A DNA stretch of 58,678 bases, from NCBI GenBank assembly GCA_002438625.1, contig DJPS01000016.1, positions 1 through 58,678 on the forward strand, written 5' to 3'. Shown here one piece after another: positions 47,264-56,597 of the stretch. A program made the translations under genes and the position numbers. How positions within the stretch are numbered: position 1 is the first letter of the stretch; every line of letters starts with the position of its first letter. The DNA is from Christensenella sp. UBA6406 (GTDB lineage: Bacteria > Bacillota > Clostridia > Christensenellales > UBA1242). The notes under the pieces are model-generated. The model was not told where the DNA came from, ran no database searches, and saw only the letters and a program-made list of their open reading frames with translations.

Positions 47264-47629
47264 TTTCTAAACTCCTTTTCTTTATATTTTTCCTTCATTT
47301 TTTCTTGCACCATTGTAGTCTAGCCCCTAAAACTAAGCCATAATCTTAAATTAAAACTTTTCCCTTTTAAAATTTTAATCCAAAACCATAGCCACGACAC
47401 AAACGCACAATTTATATGAAGTTTTTTGATGTTATCTTCTTTATTTTACATTTTTATTTTTTCTTTGTCAATTATTTTTTATTAATTTTGTTAAAATTTG
47501 AGTTCTTTTTAAATTTAAGGGTGAGGGGAAAGAATATTGTGAACAATGTATATAAATTTTGTATAACTGTCTAGAAATTTGTGCTATTATGTGATAGAAT
47601 ATAAGAGTACAAATGAAAGGAGATTACAA

Positions 47630-48289
47630 ATGATTATAAACAACAATAAAGAAATTTACATTTTTAAGCATTTGCTTTATGCTTGTTACACCAAAGACAG
47701 TTGTTACCATACAGTGAAGGATAAGTGGACTGATGAGTGTAAAGAATTGGGGCAAGACACAATAACATCAATTTTAATTAAGGATAATTTTGGGGGATTA
47801 ATTAAACGAATTTATGTTGAAGATTGTGATTATTATCATTTTTATAATGTGGTAGACAAAAAAATTTTGGATTTTACTAAAACGCAATTTCCAAAAGAAG
47901 TTACACTTAATTATGAAAATGGGCAAACAAAATCTAGGGCAAAACTTTTGGATATTGTAGATTTAAAAAATAGATATGAGGCAATTAGTGATATGATTAA
48001 GCACAAATCTTATGAACTTGATTGCCTTATAAATGAAATGAACAATGAAAAGATTAATTTTTCTTTATATTTAAATGAAGATTGCAAATTTTTTATAGTA
48101 GCACACGATTACATTGAGGTATCGCAAATAGAAAGCAATCCTAATTTAACTGAAAGTGAAAAAAGATATCTAATTGACAACGCTGTAAAAATTTCTTATA
48201 TTCTTTTGGATGACAACCCAAAAAATGATTATTATATAAATAGATTAAAAGAAATTTTAAATCCTTATAAAATAATAATGCTTAATTAG
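47630..48289 (+). CDS. Hypothetical protein (219 aa), no recognised family
   Basis: ATG 47630 has AAAGGAG 7 nt upstream. The track start at 47579 is a GTG without an SD. Confidence 0.55.
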   Translation: MIINNNKEIYIFKHLLYACYTKDSCYHTVKDKWTDECKELGQDTITSILIKDNFGGLIKRIYVEDCDYYHFYNVVDKKILDFTKTQFPKEVTLNYENGQTKSRAKLLDIVDLKNRYEAISDMIKHKSYELDCLINEMNNEKINFSLYLNEDCKFFIVAHDYIEVSQIESNPNLTESEKRYLIDNAVKISYILLDDNPKNDYYINRLKEILNPYKIIMLN

Positions 48290-48335
48290 CAAATTTATGA
48301 TATACTAAAAAACAAAAAAATAAGAGGTAAATAAA

Positions 48336-49061
48336 ATGGAAGAATGTTTTTTCTGCAAGGCAAATGATTATATAATGGAAAATGAACTTGCAAAGGCAAG
48401 ATATGATGGTTATCCTGTTAGCAAGGGGCATATGGTTTTTGTAACCAAAAGGTGTGTGCCGACTTTTTTTGACACCACAAAAGAAGAACGCACCGCCCTT
48501 TTTGAACTAGTTGACAAGGCAAAGCAAATGCTTGATGAACTTTATCATCCAGATGGCTATAACATAGGCATAAATTGCGGACAGGCGAGCGGGCAAACAA
48601 TAATGCACATACATATCCACCTTATCCCCCGCTATAAAGGTGATGTGCCAAACCCACGTGGCGGGATTAGGGGCGTTATTCCTGAAAAGCAAAATTATGG
48701 CGCAACCGAAACAAAACAAACTTGCCACACATTAAAACTTTACAGCACTTATTTTAATCTTATAAAAAATGGACAAAAGACAATAGAAGTAAGATTGAAT
48801 GATGAAAAAAGGCAAAAGATAAATGCGGGCGACACAATAGAGTTTTTAAGTGCTGAAAATGAATATGAAAAACTAAGCACAAAAGTTGTGGCAAAATATT
48901 ATTTTAAGACATTTAAAGAAATGGCAACGACTTTAAACTCTGCATCACTTGGATTTGACAGCAAAACTGTAAATGAAATTGTGGATGTTTATCACGGCAT
49001 TTATGGCACTGAAAATGAATTAAAGTATGGCATTGTTGCATTTAAAATAGAATTAATTTAA
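48336..49061 (+). CDS. HIT-family nucleotide hydrolase/transferase fused to a C-terminal ASCH-like domain
   Basis: The histidine triad HIHIHLIPR is present. The C-terminal half (TIEVRLNDEKRQKINAGDTIEF...YGIVAFKIE) has the ASCH/PUA-like beta-barrel pattern. Confidence 0.7.
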   Translation: MEECFFCKANDYIMENELAKARYDGYPVSKGHMVFVTKRCVPTFFDTTKEERTALFELVDKAKQMLDELYHPDGYNIGINCGQASGQTIMHIHIHLIPRYKGDVPNPRGGIRGVIPEKQNYGATETKQTCHTLKLYSTYFNLIKNGQKTIEVRLNDEKRQKINAGDTIEFLSAENEYEKLSTKVVAKYYFKTFKEMATTLNSASLGFDSKTVNEIVDVYHGIYGTENELKYGIVAFKIELI

Positions 49062-49245
49062 ATTTAATTAACAAAAATGCAAAATAATAAAAATTTAATT
49101 GTTTTTAGCAATTTAGTCTTGTTAAATATTTAGCACTTTTAATAAATTTAAATGATTTAAAAGATTTAAATAATTTGCATAAGCAATTAATAAATTTTAG
49201 CAATTTAACCGCTAAAAATGCGGAAAAAGGATAATTTTAGCACAT

Positions 49246-49288
49246 AAAAAAGAGCATAACTCAATTTATTTAAACTATGCTCTTTTTT
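49246..49288. terminator. Bidirectional intrinsic terminator between the HIT-ASCH gene and secA
   Basis: AAAAAAGAGCATA pairs with TATGCTCTTTTTT across a 17-nt loop. U-tracts are present on both strands. Confidence 0.6.
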
Positions 49289-49414
49289 CTTTGACAATTT
49301 CTAATTCTCTTTTAAATTTTATTTGTTGCCTTTTTATTTATTCTTTCAAATTAAATTTTATTTTATTCTTATTCAATTTAAATTAAATTCAACTTAACTA
49401 AAACTTAATTAAAA

Positions 49415-52093
49415 TTAATCTTCATCTTTTCCGCAACAATTTTTATATTTTTTGCCACTTCCGCAAGGGCAAGGTTGATTTTTGCCAACTGGTTTTTCCA
49501 TTTCGCCTATTTTTTTAGGTGAAGCTTGTTTAATCTTTTGAGTTGGTTGTTGCATTTGGTTTGCTTTTTCAAGCCTAATGTTCATAATGAAAACAGTTAC
49601 ATCGTGCCAAATTTTTTCAATCATAATATCAAACATTTCGCTACCTGTTCTCTTATATGCGGCAATAGGGTCTTGTTGTCCATATTGCTTAACAAAGATT
49701 TCGTTTCTTAGCATTGCCATTGCATCTATGTGGTCCATCCACATTGTATCAACGACTTTAAGCACGACAACACGCTCTAAGATAGAATAATCAAATCCTA
49801 ATTCTTTCGCTTCTTCTCTCTTTTCATCGTAAACTTTAACAGCATAAGCAAGCACTTTATCTGCAACTTCTTGCACTGTACAATTTTCTACAAATTGCTC
49901 GTTTACCAAATTTGTGCCCTTAGGGAAAATGCCGTCTTCTAATCTTGTATTTAAAGAATCTAATGACCATTCAAAATATGATTTATCTTCATCTAATTCG
50001 CTAAACACAATGGCTGACAATGTTTTGCTGAACATATCTATAATTTGTTCACGCATATCAATTCCATCCAAAATTTCATCTCTTTGCGTGTAAATGTTCT
50101 TTCTTTGCATATTCATAACATCATCATAAAGTAGCACGGCTTTTCTGCTACCATAGTTACGCATTTCAATACGCTTTTGAGCCTTTTCCACGCCAGAAGA
50201 TAAAATCTTTAATTGGAAAGGAACATCATCATCTATTTTTAGCATATTTGCAACCCTAAGCATTCTATCTCCACCGAAAATTCTAACTAAATCATCTTCC
50301 ATAGAGATATAGAAAACGGTTGAACCTGGGTCGCCTTGTCTTCCCGCACGACCACGCAACTGGTTATCTATACGCCTGCTTTCGTGTCTTTCGCTACCAA
50401 TGATATGAAGTCCGCCAAGTGCAACAACTTTTTCCTTTTCTTCATCTGTTGTTGCCTTAAACTTTTCATAATATGATTTATATTTATCTTCTATTTTCTT
50501 AATATTTTCAGGTTTATCACTTCTATAAGATGTTGCGAATGTAATTTCTTCATCTTCATAGCCTTCTTGCCTTAGTTTTTGTTTTGCCAAATATTCTGGG
50601 TTACCACCAAGCAAGATATCCGTACCACGACCCGCCATATTTGTTGCGATTGTTACCGCATTATAACGCCCTGCTTGTGCGACAATGTCCGCTTCTAATG
50701 CGTGGTTTCTTGCGTTTAGCACATTGTGTTTAATGCCTGCCATTTTTAATAGCTTAGACAACTCTTCCGAATTTTCAATGCTGACAGTTCCAATAAGAAT
50801 AGGTCTGCCCGTTTCGTGCATTTGTTTAACCGCTTCTACGATTGCATTAAATTTGCCCTTATGAGTTTTATAAATTATATCTGGTGCATCCTTTCTTATG
50901 CTTGGTTTGTTTGTTGGGATAACAACAACATCCAAATTGTAGATTTTATTAAATTCTAATTCTTCTGATTTTGCCGTACCTGTCATACCTGACAACTTTT
51001 TGTAAAGCCTAAAAAAGTTTTGGAAAGTGATTGTAGCAAGAGTTTTGTTTTCGTCGTTAATTTTAACACCTTCTTTTGCTTCTATTGCTTGGTGCAAACC
51101 ATCGCTATAACGCCTGCCCGCCAATGCACGACCTGTAAATTCATCAATAATTAAAATGCCATCTTCTTCGCTGACAATATAGTTTATGTCCTTTTTCATT
51201 ATATAATTAGCTTTTAATGCATTATTAATATGATGATTCAATTCTATATTTTCAACATCCGAAATGTTTTCAATCTTAAAAAATCTTTCAGCCTTATCAA
51301 CGCCACTTTCTGTCATTATGATAATCTTTTGCTTTTCATCAATGGTATAATCTTCACTCTTTAAAGACTTTGCAAACTTGTCCGCCATAATGTAGCGGTC
51401 ACTGCTTTTCATCCCCTTACCACTGATAACAAGTGGGGTTCTTGCCTCATCAATCAAAATGCTATCTATTTCATCCACAATGGCAAATGGGAAACCCCTT
51501 TGCATTTTTTGTTGTTTTGTTACAACCATATTATCACGCAAATAGTCAAAGCCAAATTCGTTGTTTGTGCCATAGACTATATCGCACGCATAAACTTGCC
51601 TTTTTAAAACATCGTTTTGCCCTGTTATTAAAATTCCAACGCTTAGCCCTAAGAAGTTGAAAAGTTTGCTCATTTGCTCGCCTTGCGATTTAGCAAGATA
51701 ATCATTCACTGTTACAATATGAACGCCCTTGCCTGTTAATGCATTTAAATATGCTGGAAGTGTTGCCACAAGTGTTTTTCCTTCACCTGTTCTCATTTCT
51801 GCAATTCTTCCTTGATGCAATGCTATTCCGCCTATGATTTGTACGTGGAAATGTCTCATATGCAAAACTCTGTCGCTCGCTTCCCTTACGCAAGCATAAG
51901 CATCTGGCAAAATATCATCAAGCGTTTCGCCGTTTGCTAGCCTTTCTTTTAAAAGTTCTGTTGTTTTGCTTAACTCTTCATCTGTTTTTGCTTTATAAAC
52001 TTCACTTAAATCTTCCACCTTGCTTGCTATCTTTTCTAATTGTTTAAGTGCCTTGTTGTTGTCGTGATTTTTAATCGCCGTAATTAAGCCCAT
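49415..52093 (-). CDS. secA: Preprotein translocase ATPase SecA
   Basis: The N-terminal motor motifs are full length (MRTGEGKTLV, DEVD-type IVDEIDSILIDEARTPLIISG, TGMTGTA). The C-terminal zinc finger is CPCGSGKKYKNCCG. Confidence 0.95.
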   Translation of the reverse strand: MGLITAIKNHDNNKALKQLEKIASKVEDLSEVYKAKTDEELSKTTELLKERLANGETLDDILPDAYACVREASDRVLHMRHFHVQIIGGIALHQGRIAEMRTGEGKTLVATLPAYLNALTGKGVHIVTVNDYLAKSQGEQMSKLFNFLGLSVGILITGQNDVLKRQVYACDIVYGTNNEFGFDYLRDNMVVTKQQKMQRGFPFAIVDEIDSILIDEARTPLVISGKGMKSSDRYIMADKFAKSLKSEDYTIDEKQKIIIMTESGVDKAERFFKIENISDVENIELNHHINNALKANYIMKKDINYIVSEEDGILIIDEFTGRALAGRRYSDGLHQAIEAKEGVKINDENKTLATITFQNFFRLYKKLSGMTGTAKSEELEFNKIYNLDVVVIPTNKPSIRKDAPDIIYKTHKGKFNAIVEAVKQMHETGRPILIGTVSIENSEELSKLLKMAGIKHNVLNARNHALEADIVAQAGRYNAVTIATNMAGRGTDILLGGNPEYLAKQKLRQEGYEDEEITFATSYRSDKPENIKKIEDKYKSYYEKFKATTDEEKEKVVALGGLHIIGSERHESRRIDNQLRGRAGRQGDPGSTVFYISMEDDLVRIFGGDRMLRVANMLKIDDDVPFQLKILSSGVEKAQKRIEMRNYGSRKAVLLYDDVMNMQRKNIYTQRDEILDGIDMREQIIDMFSKTLSAIVFSELDEDKSYFEWSLDSLNTRLEDGIFPKGTNLVNEQFVENCTVQEVADKVLAYAVKVYDEKREEAKELGFDYSILERVVVLKVVDTMWMDHIDAMAMLRNEIFVKQYGQQDPIAAYKRTGSEMFDIMIEKIWHDVTVFIMNIRLEKANQMQQPTQKIKQASPKKIGEMEKPVGKNQPCPCGSGKKYKNCCGKDED

Positions 52094-52345
52094 TTATTTC
52101 TATTCTCCTTGTATATGCTTAAATATTTCTTTACTTAAATTCCTTGCAAACCCTTTAATCCCCAAAAAATTAAATTTGCAAATTAAATATATATATATGA
52201 TTATACAACAAATTTTCATAAATTACAAACAAATTAAACTCAAATTTTTATTTATTTTCCCATATAGCAAACTTTTTTAGCAAATTAGCCACAACATTAA
52301 GCCTTAAAAATAAAATATTGCAAATAAATAATGAATAAATAAATT

Positions 52346-53665
52346 TTAAATAAACATTAACATATAGTGTGGCAAAGACAATTTTTTATCCACAAAACCA
52401 ACATTGCCTGAAATAAATTTAAATGCAATATTTGGATTAAACTTTGATATAAAATTATTTAAAGATTTTGATGCAGTGTTTCCCGCTTTAACTTCTATGG
52501 GGGCAACGCCATCTTCAAACTCAATTATAAACTCTAACTCGCTTGAATCATCTGGTTTATAATAATGCAAATTATATCCATTTTTTATTAATGCACCCGC
52601 AACAAAGTTTTCGTATATTCCGCCCTTAGCATTTCCAATTAAAGTGTTGTTTAAAAGTGCCTTTTTAGTGGCAAAGCCATACATAGCAAGAAGCAACCCC
52701 GTATCGTGCATATAAACCTTAAACTCGTTTTCTTTATCGTTAAATTTTAATGGCAAAACTGGCTCGTAAAGGTTACAGCAAATGTAAGCTAAATTTGCAT
52801 TATGAAGCCACTCAATGCTATCCATATATTTCCTTGCTGAACTGCCTTTTTCAACTTCACCAAACTTAAACTTTTTATTTTCCCTTGCAAGTTGCTTTGG
52901 AATGCTATCAAAGCACTTTCTTACTTTCACCTTTTCCACCGTATTTGCGTGATTTAAAATGTCATCTTCATAAGAATGAATAATTTTTTCTTGCAACTGT
53001 TGCACATTATCAAAATTTTTATTTTCCACAAAATCTGCAACCACTTCTGGCATTCCGCCAACGACCAAATATTCCCTTAAAAGAGATTCGTATTTATCAT
53101 TTATTTCATTTGGCACTTTTTCTCTTTTTAGATAAAACTCTTTTAGATAACTTATGGCATCTTCGCCATATCCATTTGCCCATAAAAACTCTTCAAAGTC
53201 CAAAGAATACATAACAACTTGCCTTTCGTATCCAACTGGCACAGAATCAATTTGCTCTACCGCTTTGTCGCTATCTTGTCCATACGACAACCCAAGCAAT
53301 GAACCTGATGCAATTACATCTATGTTTTTATCTTCTGCCAAAAACTTTAACGCCGTTCTTGCCCTTGAACACCTTTGAATTTCATCCAAAAACAAAAGCG
53401 TTTTATTTGGAATAATTTTTATATTTGGAATGTTTGCTGATATCCTTTTTAAAATTTCTTCCGCTGATAAACCACCTTCAAAAATGACCTTCAATTCTGG
53501 ATTAGCATAAAAATTTATTTCAATAAAACTCTCATATTCATTTTTGCCTAACTCCCTAACTAAATAAGTTTTCCCAACTTGCCTTGCACCTTTAATAAGC
53601 AAACACTCGTTTTTCTTGCTATTTTTCCAACTTAATAATGTGTTATAAAATTTCCTTTTTAACAT
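52346..53665 (-). CDS. AAA+ ATPase of the DUF4143-containing family
   Basis: Motifs present: Walker A GARQVGKT and Walker B LLFLDEIQ. The C-terminal region is typical of the AAA_14/DUF4143 architecture. Confidence 0.7.
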   Translation of the reverse strand: MLKRKFYNTLLSWKNSKKNECLLIKGARQVGKTYLVRELGKNEYESFIEINFYANPELKVIFEGGLSAEEILKRISANIPNIKIIPNKTLLFLDEIQRCSRARTALKFLAEDKNIDVIASGSLLGLSYGQDSDKAVEQIDSVPVGYERQVVMYSLDFEEFLWANGYGEDAISYLKEFYLKREKVPNEINDKYESLLREYLVVGGMPEVVADFVENKNFDNVQQLQEKIIHSYEDDILNHANTVEKVKVRKCFDSIPKQLARENKKFKFGEVEKGSSARKYMDSIEWLHNANLAYICCNLYEPVLPLKFNDKENEFKVYMHDTGLLLAMYGFATKKALLNNTLIGNAKGGIYENFVAGALIKNGYNLHYYKPDDSSELEFIIEFEDGVAPIEVKAGNTASKSLNNFISKFNPNIAFKFISGNVGFVDKKLSLPHYMLMFI

Positions 53666-53727
53666 AACTAAAAGCCCCCAATTCTCTTAACATTTTAATG
53701 CTTTTTATTTGAATTGTCAAGCAAAAA

Positions 53728-53859
53728 TGCATAAAATAGGATAGTCAAAATTGCAAAAAATGCATAAAATAGGCAGTTACTTTTGTAACAATTTGCATAA
53801 AATAGGCGGTTACTTTTGCGACAAATTGCATAAAATAGGCAAATTGATTATGTTTTTAT
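53728..53859. repeat. Four direct repeats with an exact 33-bp period (core TGCATAAAATAGG) upstream of the DUF4143 ATPase gene
   Basis: The cores lie at 53728, 53761, 53794 and 53827. Units 2 and 3 are near-identical over 33 bp (TGCATAAAATAGGC(A/G)GTTACTTTTG(T/C)(A/G)ACAA(T/A)T) and unit 2 contains the small palindrome GTTAC-n4-GTAAC. Confidence 0.85.
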
Positions 53860-53861
53860 AT

Positions 53862-53895
53862 AAAAAAACTGCAAAGATTTTTGTTTCTTTACAGT
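53862..53895 (-). terminator. Intrinsic terminator after the topoisomerase A-subunit gene
   Basis: On the minus strand: ACTGTAAAG-loop-CTTTGCAGT (8/9 paired) followed by T7, about 20 nt after the stop at 53914. Confidence 0.5.
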
Positions 53896-53913
53896 CATTT
53901 TTTTCATCTATTT

Positions 53914-56448
53914 TTAAACATTATAGACAGCAACCAAATCTACGACTAAACCATTTTTGCTTCTTGTTACGGACTTGCCTTGACCGCCAACCCTATCTTG
54001 TTGGATTATGATATCTTCACTATATTTAGATATGATTAATCCATTTATATCTTTAACAATTATAGTGTAAGGCATTCTAACAATGCTAGCAAACACAAGT
54101 TTTGTGCCGTTATCTTTGCCAAAGTTTGTTATTTTTATTCCTTTTCTTGCACGCTTTGAAAGTTCATCGCCAAGTGAGGCAATTATGGTGCGTTTTGCAT
54201 AAGCCTTATCTGTTACGGTTATGATTTCCCCTTCATCATTAGAAAGTTGAGCCATAACAACGCTGTCACCATCGTTTAGCACTATTGCCTTAACACCTTG
54301 TGAAACCCTGCCAATAGGGGCAATATCTGTGAGTTCGGCACTTAAAACCATTCCTTGTTCTGTTACAATTATCATTCTATCAAATTGTGGTTGTTCTAAG
54401 CACGCACTTACAATTTCATCCCCATCCTTTAATGAAATTGCATCAAATTGGCTCTTGCCCACATTATATTCACTTAGATTAGAGCATTTAACCAATCCAT
54501 CCTTAGTGAACAAATAAAGTTTTTGATTTTTAGGCATTGTGTTATAAGCACCTAAGAACACCGCCTTTTCGTTTTGCTTAAATTCAAATATTGAAGAAAG
54601 TGGAGTGCCTTTATCTTTAAACCTACACTCTTCAACCGCACTCACAGGCAATTTATAGCAAGTGCCATAATTTGTTATTATATATGCAGTTTTATCCGTG
54701 CTTGTTTCGCAAAGAAGTGAATGCACTTCGTTTAATGTGCTGTTATCTGTAAATTCCTTTTGTGCCATTCCATAATTTTTCTTTGGAATAGATTTAATTG
54801 CCCCATTTGCAGTGATTGCAAGCACGACATCTTTAACCAAATCCACTTCTGGTTCTAATTTGATTTCATCTAATTCTTTTGCCGTTTTTATCTTGCTCTT
54901 TCGTGGCTCTTTATAAGCACGCTTAATTTGCCCAAGTTCTTCTTTAACCACTTGCAACTGTCTTTTTGGACTACCAACAATTTCGGTTAAATATTTTATT
55001 CGCTCTTTCAACTCTTTCAACTCTTGCTCTATTTTCAAGCTTTCTAAGTTTGTAAGTTTTGCAAGCCTCATATCCAAAATTGCTTGTGCTTGTTTTTCGC
55101 TAAAACTGAACTTTGCCCTTAACCTTGCTTTTGCTTCTGTTGTGTTTGGGCTTGTCTTAATTATTTTAATGATTGCATCTATATTTTTTATTGCAATAAG
55201 CAACCCTTCTAAAATATGGGCACGCTCTTTTGCTAAGTCCAAATCGTATTTAGACCTTTTTAAGATAACGCCTTGCCTATAAACAATGTAATATTTAAGC
55301 ATATCAATTAAACCTAATTGCTTTGGCTTTCCATCTGCAATAGCGACCATATTGAAATTAAATTGAGTTTGCAAATCTGTATATTTATAAAGGAAACTTA
55401 AAATTGGCTCTGGCTCTACATCCTTTTTAAGTTTGATAACCGCACGCATTCCGTTTCTATCAGACTCGTCCCTTATCTCTGCAATGCCCGCCAAATTTGC
55501 CTTGCCTTTATCTTCTTTAAGTTCCATAATTTTTGCTAAAAGTCTTGCCTTGTTCACCTGATAAGGCAATTCACTTATAACAATCATTTTTTTGTCACCT
55601 TCTGTTTCAATGCTTAACTTTGACCTTATTGTTACCTTGCCTTTACCCGTTGCATAGGCTTGAACCAAATCTTCCCCGCCTATTAAATAACCGCCCGTTG
55701 GAAAGTCTGGTGCGGGCAACACTTTCATAACTTCGGCTAATGTTGCTTTTGGCTTTTCTATAAGCAATGTGCAGGCATCTATAACTTCGTTCAAATTGTG
55801 CGTTGGAATGTTTGTCGCAAGTCCTACCGCTATACCCATACTCCCATTTACAAGCAAGTTAGGGAAACCCGCAGGCAACATATCTGGCTCTTTAAGCGTA
55901 TCATCAAAGTTGAAACTCCAACTCACTGTGTTCTTTTCTAAGTCTTTAAGCATTTCCATTGCTAGCGGGGTCAATCTCGCTTCCGTATAACGCATTGCGG
56001 CGGCATTATCCCCATCAACTGAACCAAAGTTTCCGTGCCCTTCAACAAGCGTTTCTCGCATATTGAAAGGTTGTGCCATTCTTACCATTGCATCGTAAAC
56101 TGAACTGTCCCCGTGTGGATGATATTTTCCTAAGCAATCGCCAACAACTTTGGCACTTTTCCTAAATGGTTTATCGGGCGACATTCCAAGTTCGTACATA
56201 TCATACAAAATACGCCTTTGAACTGGCTTTAACCCATCTTCAACACGTGGCAATGCTCTATCCAAAATAACGTGCTCGCTATATGGAATCATAGAGTTAT
56301 GAAGAACGTGCTCCACGCTTTCGGTTAAAATGTTATCATCAAAAAGTCCGCCAGTGTTTTTTAGGCTTTTGCTTAACTCTTTGTCTGTTTCTTCATCTAT
56401 CATTGTTAATTGCTCGTTGTTTTTATCTTTTTCGTTCTTATTATCCAT
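53914..56448 (-). CDS. Type IIA topoisomerase subunit A (GyrA/ParC family), leaning ParC-like
   Basis: The core reads [19 protein letters not shown]...[18 protein letters not shown]...[10 protein letters not shown], with the catalytic Tyr in the MRYTEA context. KPVQRR and DSSVY are ParC-like. There is no QRRGGKG GyrA box at the start of the C-terminal domain. A box-like QDRVGGQGK is present only near the extreme C-terminus. Confidence 0.85.
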   Translation of the reverse strand: MDNKNEKDKNNEQLTMIDEETDKELSKSLKNTGGLFDDNILTESVEHVLHNSMIPYSEHVILDRALPRVEDGLKPVQRRILYDMYELGMSPDKPFRKSAKVVGDCLGKYHPHGDSSVYDAMVRMAQPFNMRETLVEGHGNFGSVDGDNAAAMRYTEARLTPLAMEMLKDLEKNTVSWSFNFDDTLKEPDMLPAGFPNLLVNGSMGIAVGLATNIPTHNLNEVIDACTLLIEKPKATLAEVMKVLPAPDFPTGGYLIGGEDLVQAYATGKGKVTIRSKLSIETEGDKKMIVISELPYQVNKARLLAKIMELKEDKGKANLAGIAEIRDESDRNGMRAVIKLKKDVEPEPILSFLYKYTDLQTQFNFNMVAIADGKPKQLGLIDMLKYYIVYRQGVILKRSKYDLDLAKERAHILEGLLIAIKNIDAIIKIIKTSPNTTEAKARLRAKFSFSEKQAQAILDMRLAKLTNLESLKIEQELKELKERIKYLTEIVGSPKRQLQVVKEELGQIKRAYKEPRKSKIKTAKELDEIKLEPEVDLVKDVVLAITANGAIKSIPKKNYGMAQKEFTDNSTLNEVHSLLCETSTDKTAYIITNYGTCYKLPVSAVEECRFKDKGTPLSSIFEFKQNEKAVFLGAYNTMPKNQKLYLFTKDGLVKCSNLSEYNVGKSQFDAISLKDGDEIVSACLEQPQFDRMIIVTEQGMVLSAELTDIAPIGRVSQGVKAIVLNDGDSVVMAQLSNDEGEIITVTDKAYAKRTIIASLGDELSKRARKGIKITNFGKDNGTKLVFASIVRMPYTIIVKDINGLIISKYSEDIIIQQDRVGGQGKSVTRSKNGLVVDLVAVYNV

Positions 56449-56597
56449 AAAAATTAAATCCTATTTATAATTTTATTTAATTAAATATTGCAAAATTAAT
56501 TTTATTCTATTTTACCGCTTTATTTTGCACTGTTTTATGCACTTTTTTAGCATTTTTAGCGTATAAAATATGTTGATTTATAATAATTAATTATTTA

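Noticed and set aside
53728-54011. A possible CRISPR-like array, or a real gene (ORF 53751..54011 with LHKIG.YFC repeats), at the 33-bp repeats.
   Set aside because: The conserved core is only 13 nt with about 20-nt variable parts that are themselves similar between units. There are only four units and no cas genes, so it is not CRISPR-like. The ORF starts at a TTG, has no SD, merely translates the DNA repeat, and overlaps the topoisomerase terminator and 3' end on the opposite strand.
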